A DNA stretch of 64,000 bases from the human T2T-CHM13v2.0 reference genome, Homo sapiens: NCBI RefSeq assembly GCF_009914755.1, contig NC_060939.1; one strand, written 5' to 3'. A model generated the notes under the pieces. It saw only the letters and a program-made list of their open reading frames with translations, did no database searches and was not told where the DNA came from. Both the position numbers and the translations under genes were made by a program. Below, piece by piece: positions 42,418 through 56,934 of the stretch (the stretch's first letter is position 1; each line of letters begins with the position of its first letter).

Positions 42418-42869
42418 CCAAAATTCGAGTATTTTACCATGAGCCACTGAGCCCCAAAAGGTAGAAAACCACTATTTCATAACATACGGCTCTCTGGCTA
42501 CCCATTTCTACCATTTCCAGATTGTAGCCAGAGGATGACAGGCCATTTACCTTGGATTCTCGCTGTCTAACCAAGACAGGTCTGGCCCAGGAGCCAAGAG
42601 ACCCTGGAGCACATGGCAGGAGGCCTTCCCAGCCAAGGCTCCTGCAGAGATGTTCCATGGTTAGACTTGGGTGCGTCCGTGACCTAACCCTGGCTATGCC
42701 ACCCCTACTCAGGAATGTCACTGCGCCTGGAGTCCAGCTTTAGCTTTGGGATTGGCTGGCTGATCAAATCCACCTTCTGACAGCTGGTTGATTGGTAGTT
42801 CTGACTATCTTCTACTATGTCTGGCTGAAGTGCTTGGGGAGGTTGTAATTTTTTTTCCTCATTTCACAG

Positions 42870-42948
42870 TTTTTCCTTGCCTGAAAAATTGGAATACATC
42901 GTCACCAAGTATGCTGAGCATTCACATGATAAATGGGCCTGTGACAAG
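42870..42948 (+). CDS. RYR3: RYR3 exon K (FSLPEKLEYIVTKYAEHSHDKWACDK), RyR repeat 3
   Basis: ttcacag acceptor; AAG|gtaggg donor; 79 nt. Confidence 0.95.
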
Positions 42949-43824
42949 GTAGGGATTATCATCCAACTGACAATCGTCAGGAAGGAAAAACAGCCCAAGA
43001 ACATTAAAGGGCCCAGTCCTGGAAATCTGCCTGATTTGTCTAAGTAACAGATTTTCCATGCCGAGAGCATTCATTATTTCTGAGCAGCAATTTCCCAGGG
43101 TTGGTGGAGGTCAAAGAAATAGGTGACAGCAGCTGCTGGTGTTGCTTTTGTATTTCTCAAGAAAATGATCAATTCTGGAAGTGTTAACTTCTTTCTTAAC
43201 ATTTACTTACTGGAGTTGTGCCCAAACACAGGCTTGTATGTGTTTGACGTAAATGCTTAATGGGAATGGGAAGGCTGCTATTTAATTTTTGTCTTTGAAT
43301 GCAGATTGGAAAAAAAAAATGAAATTGAAAGCCTAACCCTTACATGTTTCTGGAAGGCTGGATTTTATTCTAGGGAAGACATGCAATCGTCTTCTTATGG
43401 TAGGCAGTGGTAGAACTCCCAGACACTCCCTTATTAATAAGGCTCTCCATCTGGTGTTTAAAATTCCTCACCACATGAGGTCAGGCTGTTTAATAAGTTT
43501 CATTGCTGTGTCAACCCTTTAACACTGGCAGGCAAAGTGGGAAGACTGTGCCAAGGATATCCAGGATTCCTGTGGGCAGCCAGTTAAGGATTGGGGCCAT
43601 TTCTCAGCTGCAGCCTACGGTGTGTAACAGTGGACCCATGTCCACAGCAAAGCCACAGAAAACCACCTCCATACAATGTGCCCACAGAGAAGGGACACCT
43701 TGAACCACCAGCTCAGCCTCTGTGTGGATGTAGGCTCAGCTCGTCCTTCCAGGAGTCTACTGGGAGCTGATGATAACAGCTATCATTGTAACTGTAGAAC
43801 GGGCTAATACCTCATGATTCTAAA

Positions 43825-44055
43825 ACAGGAGTTGGCAAATCTGTTCTGTAAAGGGCTGAATGGTCAACATTTGAGGCTGCAAGGGCCAGACCATCTCCAT
43901 TGCAACAACTCCACTTGGCCGTTGCGGCACAAAAGTAGCCATAGAGAAAACATAAACAAAAGTGGGTGCCTGTGTTCCAATCACATTTTATTAATTAAAA
44001 AAAGGTGGCCAGCTAGATTTGGCTTAGGGGGCATAGCCAGGTGGCCCTTGCTCTA
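43825..44055. mobile_element. MER58A-like DNA transposon
   Basis: caggagttggcaaatctgttctgtaaagggc...tgtgttccaat...ccagctagatttggc. Confidence 0.7.
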
Positions 44056-44224
44056 GAGCATCTGCGTTTTCTGAGAACTCCTTGCTTATGGCCGTTTGGC
44101 CAGCCTGTGAATTAGGGAGAAGAGTCACCTCCAGGAGCCCACAGCATTAGCCAAGCCATCACTCAACCATGTGGATTTGAACTCCCGAGTCTCTCTTATA
44201 TCTGTATATTTGTCTCTGTTCTTA

Positions 44225-46095
44225 TGACTTCAGTCCAAGCTGCCATCGTCTTTCACCCAGACGACTGGGATAAGCTCCTTGCAGGTCTCCTCAAGTGCAT
44301 TTGCCCAGTCTGTTCTTCATACTGCAAGCAAGTCAGAATTTCAGTACACAAATTGAATCATACATATTCTACCACTGCTTCTCCTACCCAGCCCCTCTCC
44401 TTGTTAAAATCCTTTCATAATTTCTAACTATTCTGAAGACAATGGTCAAAATCTTTGGTATGGCCTGGTAGGCACTGCCTGATCTGACCTCTGCTACCAT
44501 CTGTAGCCTCATCTCCTCCTTTGCCCTCTGCCCTCCAGCCACCTCCCCTTATTTTAGACTCACTCTCTCATATGCACTACACATGCCAGAGACCCTCCTC
44601 TGCCTGAGCCTGCCAGATACCCGCCTGTACTCACACACATTCTCACAGCGTTCACCAACTCATCCTGCAAATATCACTCCAAGCATGAATTCCTAGGATG
44701 GCATTTTTCAGATTTCTCAGCTCTGGGCCCTCTTAGCACCTTGTTCTTCTCTTTCATAGTACTTTCGTAGCACGCTTAGGTATTTGTATTTATAACAGTT
44801 AAACATCTACACATTTATTCTATTTATCAATTTTACATTCACTTGTATGGTTATTTGATTGATATCTCTTTCTGCCACTAGATTGTAAGCTTCATGAGGG
44901 CATAGATACATGCTGCTCACCAGTACCAGGCGGCGCTGATTATCTCACAAGAAAAAGAGTATTTTCCTTGCCCTCAAAAGCCTCATGATCTTGTGGGAGA
45001 AACAAAATGAACCAGCCATTGTGGGGCAGCTTGTTCAGGGCTATGGTGAGCATGAGCACAGGATTAGAACACATAGGAGTCCCTAATCCAGTACCGGGGG
45101 TCCAGGGACACCTCCCAGAGTTGGTGACATCTACAGCATTTGCTAAAGGATGAGTGGGAGCCATTTGTCACAAGGAAGTAAGCGCGCTGCCGGCCTTGGG
45201 AACAGCAGGTGCAGACCCAGGGAGGCAAGAGACAGTTTGGCTTTAGGGAACCATGGTTCAGTATAGCTAGGACATGGAGTAGGATGGGTACAGAGGGTGA
45301 GAGATAAGTCTGGAGAGGTCAACATGATCACCTTTTTAGGTTTACAGGTCATTTGAAAACATGTGGGTTTTACCAGGATGGCAGCTTGCTGTTGGAAACA
45401 TTCGAAGTCAGTAGTGTGCCCACAAATGATTGTGATTTTTGACTATCCCCTGACAATAGTGTAGAAAATGAATCCATGGAGAGGCAGCAAGACTGGAGGC
45501 TGGGAGGCTGCTTAGGAAGCTCTTGCAGTAACCCCAGTGAGAGCTAATGGTGGCCTGAACTAACATACTAGCAGGGAAGTGGGTGAGAGAGACAGACAGA
45601 CAGACAGACAAATGATGGGAGGGGTACAGGCAGTGGTGTCAAGGAGGACTCCCATGTCATTGGCTTGGAAAGTGAGCATAAGCTGGGGCTGTTCACTCCA
45701 CTTCATCCAGGGGACCCACGAGGAGACATGTAGAGAAGTAATTTGAGGGGTGCCTGTGGAACATCCAAGCAAAGCTTAAATAGGTTTGAAACTAGGAGGG
45801 AGTTTCTGCGCTGGAAGTACTGATTTGATACTAGCCTCTTCTCGGTGGTAACTGAAACCAAGGGCCTAAATTAGATCACCCAGGAAGTATATGTCTTGAG
45901 AAGGGACAGAAACTTAGGAAATATACACATTTAACAAATGGACAGGAGCAGAGATTGAGAAAGAGCAGCCAGGAGTCTTGGGGATGTGAAGTTACAGAAA
46001 TCAGGGGCTCTTACTTATCTCTGTATCCACTGTGCCTCGGACAGAGTCTGGTGTGTACCATAGAAGACATTCACCCAATATTTGTTGAATAACCC
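44225..46095. mobile_element. L2 fragments (antisense then sense)
   Basis: L2-like motifs ctagattgtaagcttcatgagggca and ggaggctgggaggctgcttaggaagctcttgcagtaacccc; boundaries approximate. Confidence 0.6.
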
Positions 46096-46571
46096 TAAAA
46101 GTTCTTAAACTTCTGTGACTCTAGGAAGCACACATCACTACACTTTTGCTCTGGCACTGGCAGGCAAGGGTTGCAAGGCAAATGGCCCCTCTAGGCAGTG
46201 GCAATAGGTCCAGTCTTCCCAGGCCTTCCAGTCCTAGCCTCTGTTCTTCCTGCGAGGGGAGTACTCTAACCTGAGAAGCACCATTCCCAGGGCCTTTTGA
46301 AACATGCTGTTTTAAGAGGGCCTGAAATACAAGTGAGAAAGTGGAGAGGACAGCAACTGAAACAAGAAGGAATAAAAGAGCAGAGTTCAAGATTCAGGAG
46401 GCGGAGAGCCTGATGGCCTGAAAAGATCAATTAGGCATTTTTGAGGAGAATTTCTAAGCCCTGTCACTATCCATTACTCCACTTGCTCCATGAAAATAGA
46501 AGCAGGGATTTGGGTCACATAGCGGGGTTCTTTGCGTGCCAAGGATATTTGAACTGAGAACATTTCTACAG

Positions 46572-46661
46572 AGTCAGAGTGGATGGAAATATGGGATTTC
46601 CCTGGATGAAAATGTGAAGACCCACCCACTGATAAGGCCTTTCAAGACATTAACGGAGAAG
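46572..46661 (+). CDS. RYR3: RYR3 exon L (SQSGWKYGISLDENVKTHPLIRPFKTLTEK)
   Basis: ttctacag acceptor; AAG|gtaaga donor; 90 nt. Confidence 0.93.
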
Positions 46662-46899
46662 GTAAGAAGCAGGCCTCTGGTAACACTGTGTGACCATGCT
46701 GTTTCCTTCCTTGAGTGATTTTATCAGAGGAGTTCAGAGCACATTCACTCTCACGTCCCTACAACATCATCATCTAGGACTCAGTAAACTGTTCACAAGC
46801 TTGCCAGTGGGCAGGTGCCTCAGGACCAGTTTCCGAGAGCCCAGCCTCACTTTCTGTTCTTTGGCTTTGAGAGGCCATTGGTGAAAGAAGCATTGTTCA

Positions 46900-47613
<714 letters not shown>

Positions 47614-47879
47614 AAAAATGATTTCTAATACATGGAAGATACAGGTAATAGAGAAGAGAATCCTCAAGAAAATATAGTTAAGAGAATGCATCTCTTGCTT
47701 AAAAAAATTAATTAATTAACGTATTTGGTTTAACTCAACTCTGAATTCTTATCTTGCAATCTGTAAGATTCTTAGTAAGCTTTAGGCCTAGGCCTAGTGT
47801 CACATGTAAAGGCTGGTGTATGTATCTTTGCATTCATGTTGACTACCTATTAAATTGTACATAGACCAAAAGAGAAATC

Positions 47880-48228
47880 TTTTTTTTTTTTTTTTTTTGA
47901 GACGGAGTTTCACTGTTGTCACCCTTTTTTTTTTTTTTTTTTTTTGAGACAGAGTTTCACTGTTGTCACCCAGGCTAGAGTGCTGTGGTGCAATCTTGGC
48001 TCAGTGCAAGCTTCATCTCCTGGCTTCAAGCAATTCTTTTGCCTTAGCCTCCCGAGTAGCTGGGACTACAGGCATGCACCACTACGCACAGCTAATTTTT
48101 GAGTTTTTAGTGGAGATGGGGTTTCACCATGTTGTCCAGCCTGGTGTCGAATTTCTGACCTCAGGTGATCCACCCGCCTCGGCCTCCCAAAGTGCTGGGA
48201 TTACAGGCATGAGCCACCGTGCCCAGCC
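47880..48228 (-). mobile_element. AluS with duplicated 3' end
   Basis: polyT+gagac(g/a)gagtttcactgttgtcaccc present twice. Confidence 0.9.
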
Positions 48229-48617
48229 CACAAGAATTCTAAATCTAAGAAATTATCTTTCCCAAACTCACAGGAGAGCTTTATGCAGATGCATTTTGAC
48301 AATCTTCAACAACTACTAGAACATGAGGAGCCACTCTCCCGTTCCTGTTCTTCGTCTACAGAATGTAGATAATGTCATTAATAATGTCTGGCACATTTCC
48401 TCCCAGGGCAGGAAAGACCGTAGGGTCTTATATCTAAAAACACCAGAAAGACTGTGTTTCGGGTAAGATGCCACAAAGGATGTTTTGACCTTGTGAGAGA
48501 AGGCTGGTGCTAACTAGCACCCCCACCCACAGTGGGATGCACCTTCCATGCGGAGATGGGCCAGGGAGAATGCTGGGGTGTGTTCTGCAAAGTGCTTCTG
48601 CTCAAATTCTCTTCTAG

Positions 48618-48764
48618 GAGAAGGAAATTTATCGCTGGCCTGCGCGAGAGTCCCTGAAAACCATGCTGGCTGTGGGCTGGACTGTGGAGAGGACCAAAGA
48701 GGGAGAAGCTTTGGTTCAACAGCGGGAAAATGAGAAGCTTCGAAGTGTGTCCCAGGCCAACCAG
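48618..48764 (+). CDS. RYR3: RYR3 exon M (EKEIYRWPARESLK...EKLRSVSQANQ), includes phosphorylation loop
   Basis: cttctag acceptor; CAG|gtatga donor; 147 nt; loop homologous to the RYR1 S2843 / RYR2 S2808 region. Confidence 0.95.
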
Positions 48765-48971
48765 GTATGACACCACACCCAGAGGCCCACGCTGGGCCGA
48801 TGGAAGCCATGGAGAATCTGGGAATGTTCTGCCTGGGGCATCGTAGGTGGGACCATCTAAGATGAACCCTGGGGAGTTTTCAGGACACATTTTTGACAGC
48901 TGAAGTTGGGGATGCCTGATAAGAACAAGGAAAATAATGGCAACCCAGTGACTCTGCCTTTGCTTTCCTAG

Positions 48972-49034
48972 GGCAACAGCTACAGTCCTGCTCCCCTCGA
49001 CCTCTCAAACGTTGTGCTCTCCAGAGAGCTCCAG
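48972..49034 (+). CDS. RYR3: RYR3 exon N (GNSYSPAPLDLSNVVLSRELQ)
   Basis: ttcctag acceptor; CAG|gtcagt donor; 63 nt. Confidence 0.94.
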
Positions 49035-49314
49035 GTCAGTGCCCCAGGTCCAGCATGACTTGCTTTCAAGTGCAGGACGCATTACCTTCCAAAGAGTTAA
49101 AGGGGGAAAAAAGGGAAAGAATGCCTAGAACATATCACCACTAAAATTCAAAACTGAAGACGGTCACCTTGTGCAGAGGCCACAGGGAAAGTCTCTGCAG
49201 AGTGAACCAATCCTCCAAGGGGAGGCTTTGCGCTTCTTCTAAGGACTTCATGATGGATGCTGACTCAGTAGGAAGCACCACCAGCGCACTAGAGTCATTC
49301 CTCAGCATCCATGA

Positions 49315-49626
49315 AAGCTTTACCCTAGGACTTCCCACAGATACCAAAACCCACGAACGCTCAAGTCCCTGATATAAAATGGCATAGTTTTACCTATAAC
49401 CTACACACATCCCCCCATATACTTTAAATTATCTCTAGATTATTTATAATTCCTAACACAATGTGAATTCTATATAAATAGTTGTTATGCTGTATTGCTT
49501 AGAGAATAATGACAAGAAAAAAATCTGTACATGTTCAGTACAGACACATTTTTTTCCAAATATTTTCAAGCTACAATTGGTTGAATCCACAGATGCAGAA
49601 CGCATGGTTAAGGAAGGCTGACTATA
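49315..49626. mobile_element. MER2/Tigger-type DNA transposon
   Basis: gataccaaaacccacgaacgctcaagtccctgatataaaatggc...ggttgaatccacagatgcagaac. Confidence 0.75.
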
Positions 49627-50482
49627 CTGTATCAAAACCCAAAATAAATAAGACAGCTAGGACAAAATCTGTGAAATTTAGCACCTCAATGGAGGTGCTT
49701 GCTGGTCATTGTAAGGCCCCCAAAACATAAGGACAGCCCACACGTCCCACAGTGGGTTTGCTGGGGCTCCCTGTGATGGTGCAGGCAGGCAATCATTGCA
49801 GGATATAGGAATGTAAGACCAAGGGGTTGAAACTGAAAGCCCTAAGCTGCTTCCTCCCGTTGCTCCCCTCCTGTACACACTGGTGGCTGTGGCCTGCCCT
49901 AGCCTGGAGCACTCACCCTCTGGAAGTCCATCAGACCAGCCCCTTGGACCTTCGAGAAAGTTTCTTTCCAAAGTACATCCTTCATTCTAAGTCACTGTTT
50001 TACAAGCCTTACAAAGATGGATTCTACTAGAGAAATCTTATTTACAGCACTTTCCTTTAAGACGTGATTATTTTTAGTTTGTTAAGCTATAGGCTTTCGG
50101 GGGTTCTAGACTTTTCTTGGCCCGCACTCCCAACTCCCCGTCTGAGGTCAGGAGTACAATACCAAGCTGCTGTGAAAAATGATGTGCTGCCAGCATGCAG
50201 GTTCAAGTGGAAATGGATGTTTCTCATAAATGCATCAAACTGCCAGAATAATAAGTTACAAGGGAAGGACAGAGTTAGAAATTGTTTTCTATGTGTATGG
50301 GAGGATAGGAAACTAATGAGGTACATAAGCACACACTAATTAATGATGGGAAGCCCTTGGCCGTCTGCTGTTAGTGTTCAGTGGTGTGCTTTTCCCGAGG
50401 CTGCCTGAAATGACCTAGCAGCTATGAAGCCAGCTTGCCTGCTTTCTTTCTTTTTGACTTGGCTCTTCTTGGTGGGACACAG

Positions 50483-50558
50483 GGAATGGTGGAGGTCGTG
50501 GCTGAGAACTATCACAATATCTGGGCCAAGAAGAAGAAGCTGGAGCTGGAGAGCAAAG
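50483..50558 (+). CDS. RYR3: RYR3 exon O (GMVEVVAENYHNIWAKKKKLELESK), RyR repeat 4
   Basis: acacag acceptor; AAG|gtgagt donor; 76 nt. Confidence 0.95.
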
Positions 50559-50666
50559 GTGAGTGAGGTTCACAGCATCCCCTAAAGAAGCTGAACCGGG
50601 GCAGCTATGGTCTCCCAGAAGTGCAAAGGAAGAGCCAAATGTCATCTCTCACCTTACTGACCCCAG

Positions 50667-50790
50667 GTGGTGGCAGCCACCCTCTTCTGGTACCATATGA
50701 CACCTTGACTGCCAAGGAAAAGTTCAAGGACCGGGAGAAGGCACAGGACCTGTTTAAGTTCCTCCAAGTGAATGGCATCATAGTTTCCAG
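50667..50790 (+). CDS. RYR3: RYR3 exon P ([40 protein letters not shown])
   Basis: ccccag acceptor after a 108-nt intron; CAG|gtaagt donor; 124 nt. Confidence 0.95.
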
Positions 50791-51237
50791 GTAAGTCACC
50801 TTCCATGTGATGCTAGTGGGACAGGGCTGTGCCTCCCTAGATATTTAATTACGTGCCTACAAAACCCATCCAAGTAAGGAGAACAATTGAGTCTTTTAAA
50901 ATGAGAACATTTTTATTTTAGAACATGAAGCCCTCTTTTTTTGATATAAGCAGAAATGTTAGGTATTAATTTTTAAAGATCAGTGACAACAAAGAATTAT
51001 TACAAATTATACCTACATACCTTAAACATTTCATTGTAACTTAAAATATATAAACATGCATTCATTCACAAACCTTGTGCTATGGGCTAAGGCCCTTTCT
51101 TTGTATATTCTCTTTATTGGAGTTATAAACGACATCCATAATACAACCTCAAAGCTTTGGAATTTGGGCTTCTTTAAAGAGTGGTGATAATTTGCAGCAC
51201 ATGATAACAGGGTAAATGCAGTACCCTAGATATTTTT

Positions 51238-53573
<2,336 letters not shown>

Positions 53574-54437
53574 AGTACCCTAGATATTTTTCAAATTTCC
53601 TCCCTTATCTTTGACAGTTGTCTCACCCATACCTAATTCAAAAATTACGTATTTGGAAGCCTGCAATTGCAGGTGTTTACAAAATATGCATCTTAGTTTT
53701 CATAGAGTCAGCAGTTCTCTTCATACTTTTATTTGTTGTTTTATATGATATCTTATTAAATTACATAGTAATAATAGCAAGCATAACTGACATAAGCAGT
53801 CTTGGAACAAAGGGAATTGATTATTATGAAGATACAACTCTACTGGAGAGATTGAATGCATCATGATGTCCTAAGATGTTTTATCTCAAACTTACATAAG
53901 TCAAAATCATCTAGGTGAATGTTTTATATAGGATGGCATTGGCTGCTTAAATCTTAAAGTCAGGCTGTTTTCTCCCTGGTCAAATGGTGCTGGTGGGCTG
54001 TGCTATGTAGGATCATGCTTGCTGAGTTCTTTGTCAAATGAAAAGCCGGTGTTTTTATTCCGATATAGCCATTCTTCCTAAAAGAAACATTTACTGAGCA
54101 AGCTGCTGTTTCTTCTAGTTTCCTATAGATTTTTTGCCATCGAATGGCAAAAATAAAAATAAAAATCTGTACAAACATTTCTATTGTATCTCATATGAAA
54201 AAAATAGCAAGACTTATTTGCCGTGTTGTCGAACAGGAAAGGTCAGACAGCAGGAGATAGCCTCCGGGGAAGCATTCGAGAAAGACTCCCGTCGTCATTT
54301 TAATCCTGTTCTTAACACCAAGATGAATCTGTGGTGTGATTTGCTGATAAATAACTTGCTCACAGCAATGAAAAATTCCCGTTTACTGTAATGATAAAGG
54401 AAGTCAAGGAAATAGGAGGAAATCAAGAAGAAAGATA

Positions 54438-54660
54438 CAGGAGTTCCAGACCAGCCTGGTTAAGATGGTGAAACCCATCTCTACTAAAAATACAAAAAAT
54501 TAGCCAGCAATGATGGTGCGTGCCTGTAATCCCAGCTACTCGGGAGGCTGAGGCAGAGAATTGCTTGAACCCAGAAGGCAGAGGTTGCAGTGAGCCGAGA
54601 TCATGCCAATGCACTCCAATCTGGGCGACAGAGTGAGACTCCATCTCAAAAATAAAAATA
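54438..54660 (+). mobile_element. AluS lacking its 5' head, in L2 context
   Basis: Starts mid-left-arm (caggagttccagacc); followed by antisense L2 (54661-55370). Confidence 0.9.
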
Positions 54661-55568
54661 CCCAGAATTTGACCACTTCTCACCCACTTCATGCTATCCT
54701 CATCCTCCTGCCTGTGCTCCCTGCTTCTACACTTGACTCACCACCATGGTCAATTTTAAACACAGCAACCAGTGATACTGTTATGATGCAAGTCATGTCA
54801 TGTCACTTCTCTATTGAAAACTTCTAATAGCTTCCCTTCTCACTCAGAGCAAAAGCAAAATCCTAAGGATGGCCTGTAGGGACGTACATGATTGTCCCCA
54901 CTTCCTACCCCACACTGCTTTAACCTTCAACGCAACACGCATGCTCCTGCCTCAGGACCTTTGCACTGTCTCTTCGCCCCACCTTAAGAACTATTTCCCC
55001 AGATGTCCATATGGCTCACCTCCTCATCTCCTTCAAGCCTTTATTGCAGCATCAGTCTCCCAGTGAGACCAACCCTGACTACCCTATTTAACACTACAGT
55101 CTGCAAACCCTGGCAGTTTTACCTTTAAAATATACCCAGAGGCTGGGCGCGGTGGCCGGCCTTTCTGGACCAGTTCTGGACCAGTCTGGACCTTTTCATT
55201 CTGCTTTAATTTTTCTTTTATTCACAAAATGTGTTAACTTCTAAGATTCCATCTAATTTATATTTTGTTTTTTCTGTTTACAGCTAGCATGTAAATTCTT
55301 TCCGTAAGAGCAGAGATTTTTGCTTTCCCCTCAGACATCTCTAGCTCAGTACTCATTGTATGAATGATAAAGGTCTTTCTGAAAAATCTGTGCTCACATA
55401 GGTAGGTTCCAAGTGAGAGGGGAAATCAGTCAAATGATGAGTCATGTCACTACGCCAGAATAACCACTAACATTTGGAAATTAAATTCAACACTGGTAGG
55501 ACTGGTGGTGCACCTGAGTGACATGGTTGTCTCTGTTACTTCCTGGGGTCTGTCCATGTCCAACGTAG

Positions 55569-55684
55569 GGGTATGAAGGATATGGAGCTGGATGCCTCCT
55601 CCATGGAGAAGAGGTTTGCCTATAAGTTCTTGAAGAAGATCCTGAAATACGTTGATTCTGCTCAAGAATTTATTGCCCATTTAG
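55569..55684 (+). CDS. RYR3: RYR3 exon Q ([38 protein letters not shown])
   Basis: acgtag acceptor; TAG|gtaagt donor; 116 nt. Confidence 0.94.
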
Positions 55685-55842
55685 GTAAGTATCATCATGA
55701 AATAACCCAAAAGAATTCAATATTCTTTTATCAAGAAATAATCCTTTCAGACTGTAACTTTTTATGATTCATTTAGGTGCATGATTTTAGGGGGAAAACA
55801 GTGGCTGAAATTTTTTTCCCCCAACTTAAAAAAAATCAATCC

Positions 55843-56145
55843 GGCCGGGCGCTGTGGCTCACACCTGTAATCCCAGCACTTTGGGAGGCCGAGGCGGGCG
55901 GATCATGAGGTCAAGAGATGGAGACCATCCTGGCCAACATGGTGAAATCCCATCTCTGCTAAAAATACAAAAAAAATTAGCTGAGTGTGGTGGTGCACGC
56001 CTGTAGTCCCAGCTACTTGGGAGGCTGAGGCAGGAGAATCACTTGAACCTGGGAGGCAGAGGTTGCAGTGAGATCGTGCCATTGCACTCCAGCCTGGGGA
56101 CAGAGTAAGATTCTATCTCAAAACAAACAAACAAACAAACAAAAA
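55843..56145 (+). mobile_element. AluSc-like
   Basis: Full Alu with (CAAA)n tail. Confidence 0.9.
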
Positions 56146-56252
56146 CTCCTTAGTTTTTATAGTGGACTTGATTGAACCTTTTGTCATTTTTTCGCACAAC
56201 TTATCCTATTTTAACTTTCCTGTTGTCTTGCTTTATGACTGTGGACATATGA

Positions 56253-56578
<326 letters not shown>

Positions 56579-56809
56579 TGAAGCTGCTTTCTGATTGTTA
56601 AAGTAGAAAAAAGGGTAGTGAAACAGCTTAAAGAATTGACACAAGAAATAGCTAACCAGGACAGTTGTAAAGTACTTTGTAAGATATATTTTGTGAAATC
56701 AGATAGCCTTTTTAAATAGCCTTTAGAAAAGCTGCTCTGTTTCTAAAATGTTGTGACTGATTTTTACTTCGTAACTCTGGCCAACTTTGTGTTACCTGTG
56801 TCTTCGTAG

Positions 56810-56877
56810 AAGCCATTGTCAGCAGTGGGAAAACTGAAAAGTCTCCCCGTGACCAGGAGATCAAATTCTTTGCCAAA
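56810..56877 (+). CDS. RYR3: RYR3 exon R (AIVSSGKTEKSPRDQEIKFFAK)
   Basis: tcgtag|AAG acceptor; AAA|gtaagt donor; 68 nt. Confidence 0.94.
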
Positions 56878-56934
56878 GTAAGTGGCCCTGCACTTAATCA
56901 AATTACTTTCTTCTTAGGATCTCTACTATTTAGG

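Noticed and set aside
48615-48623. TAGGAGAAG tandem acceptors at exon M
   Set aside because: GAG is rarely used and the proximal TAG is strong; weak candidate
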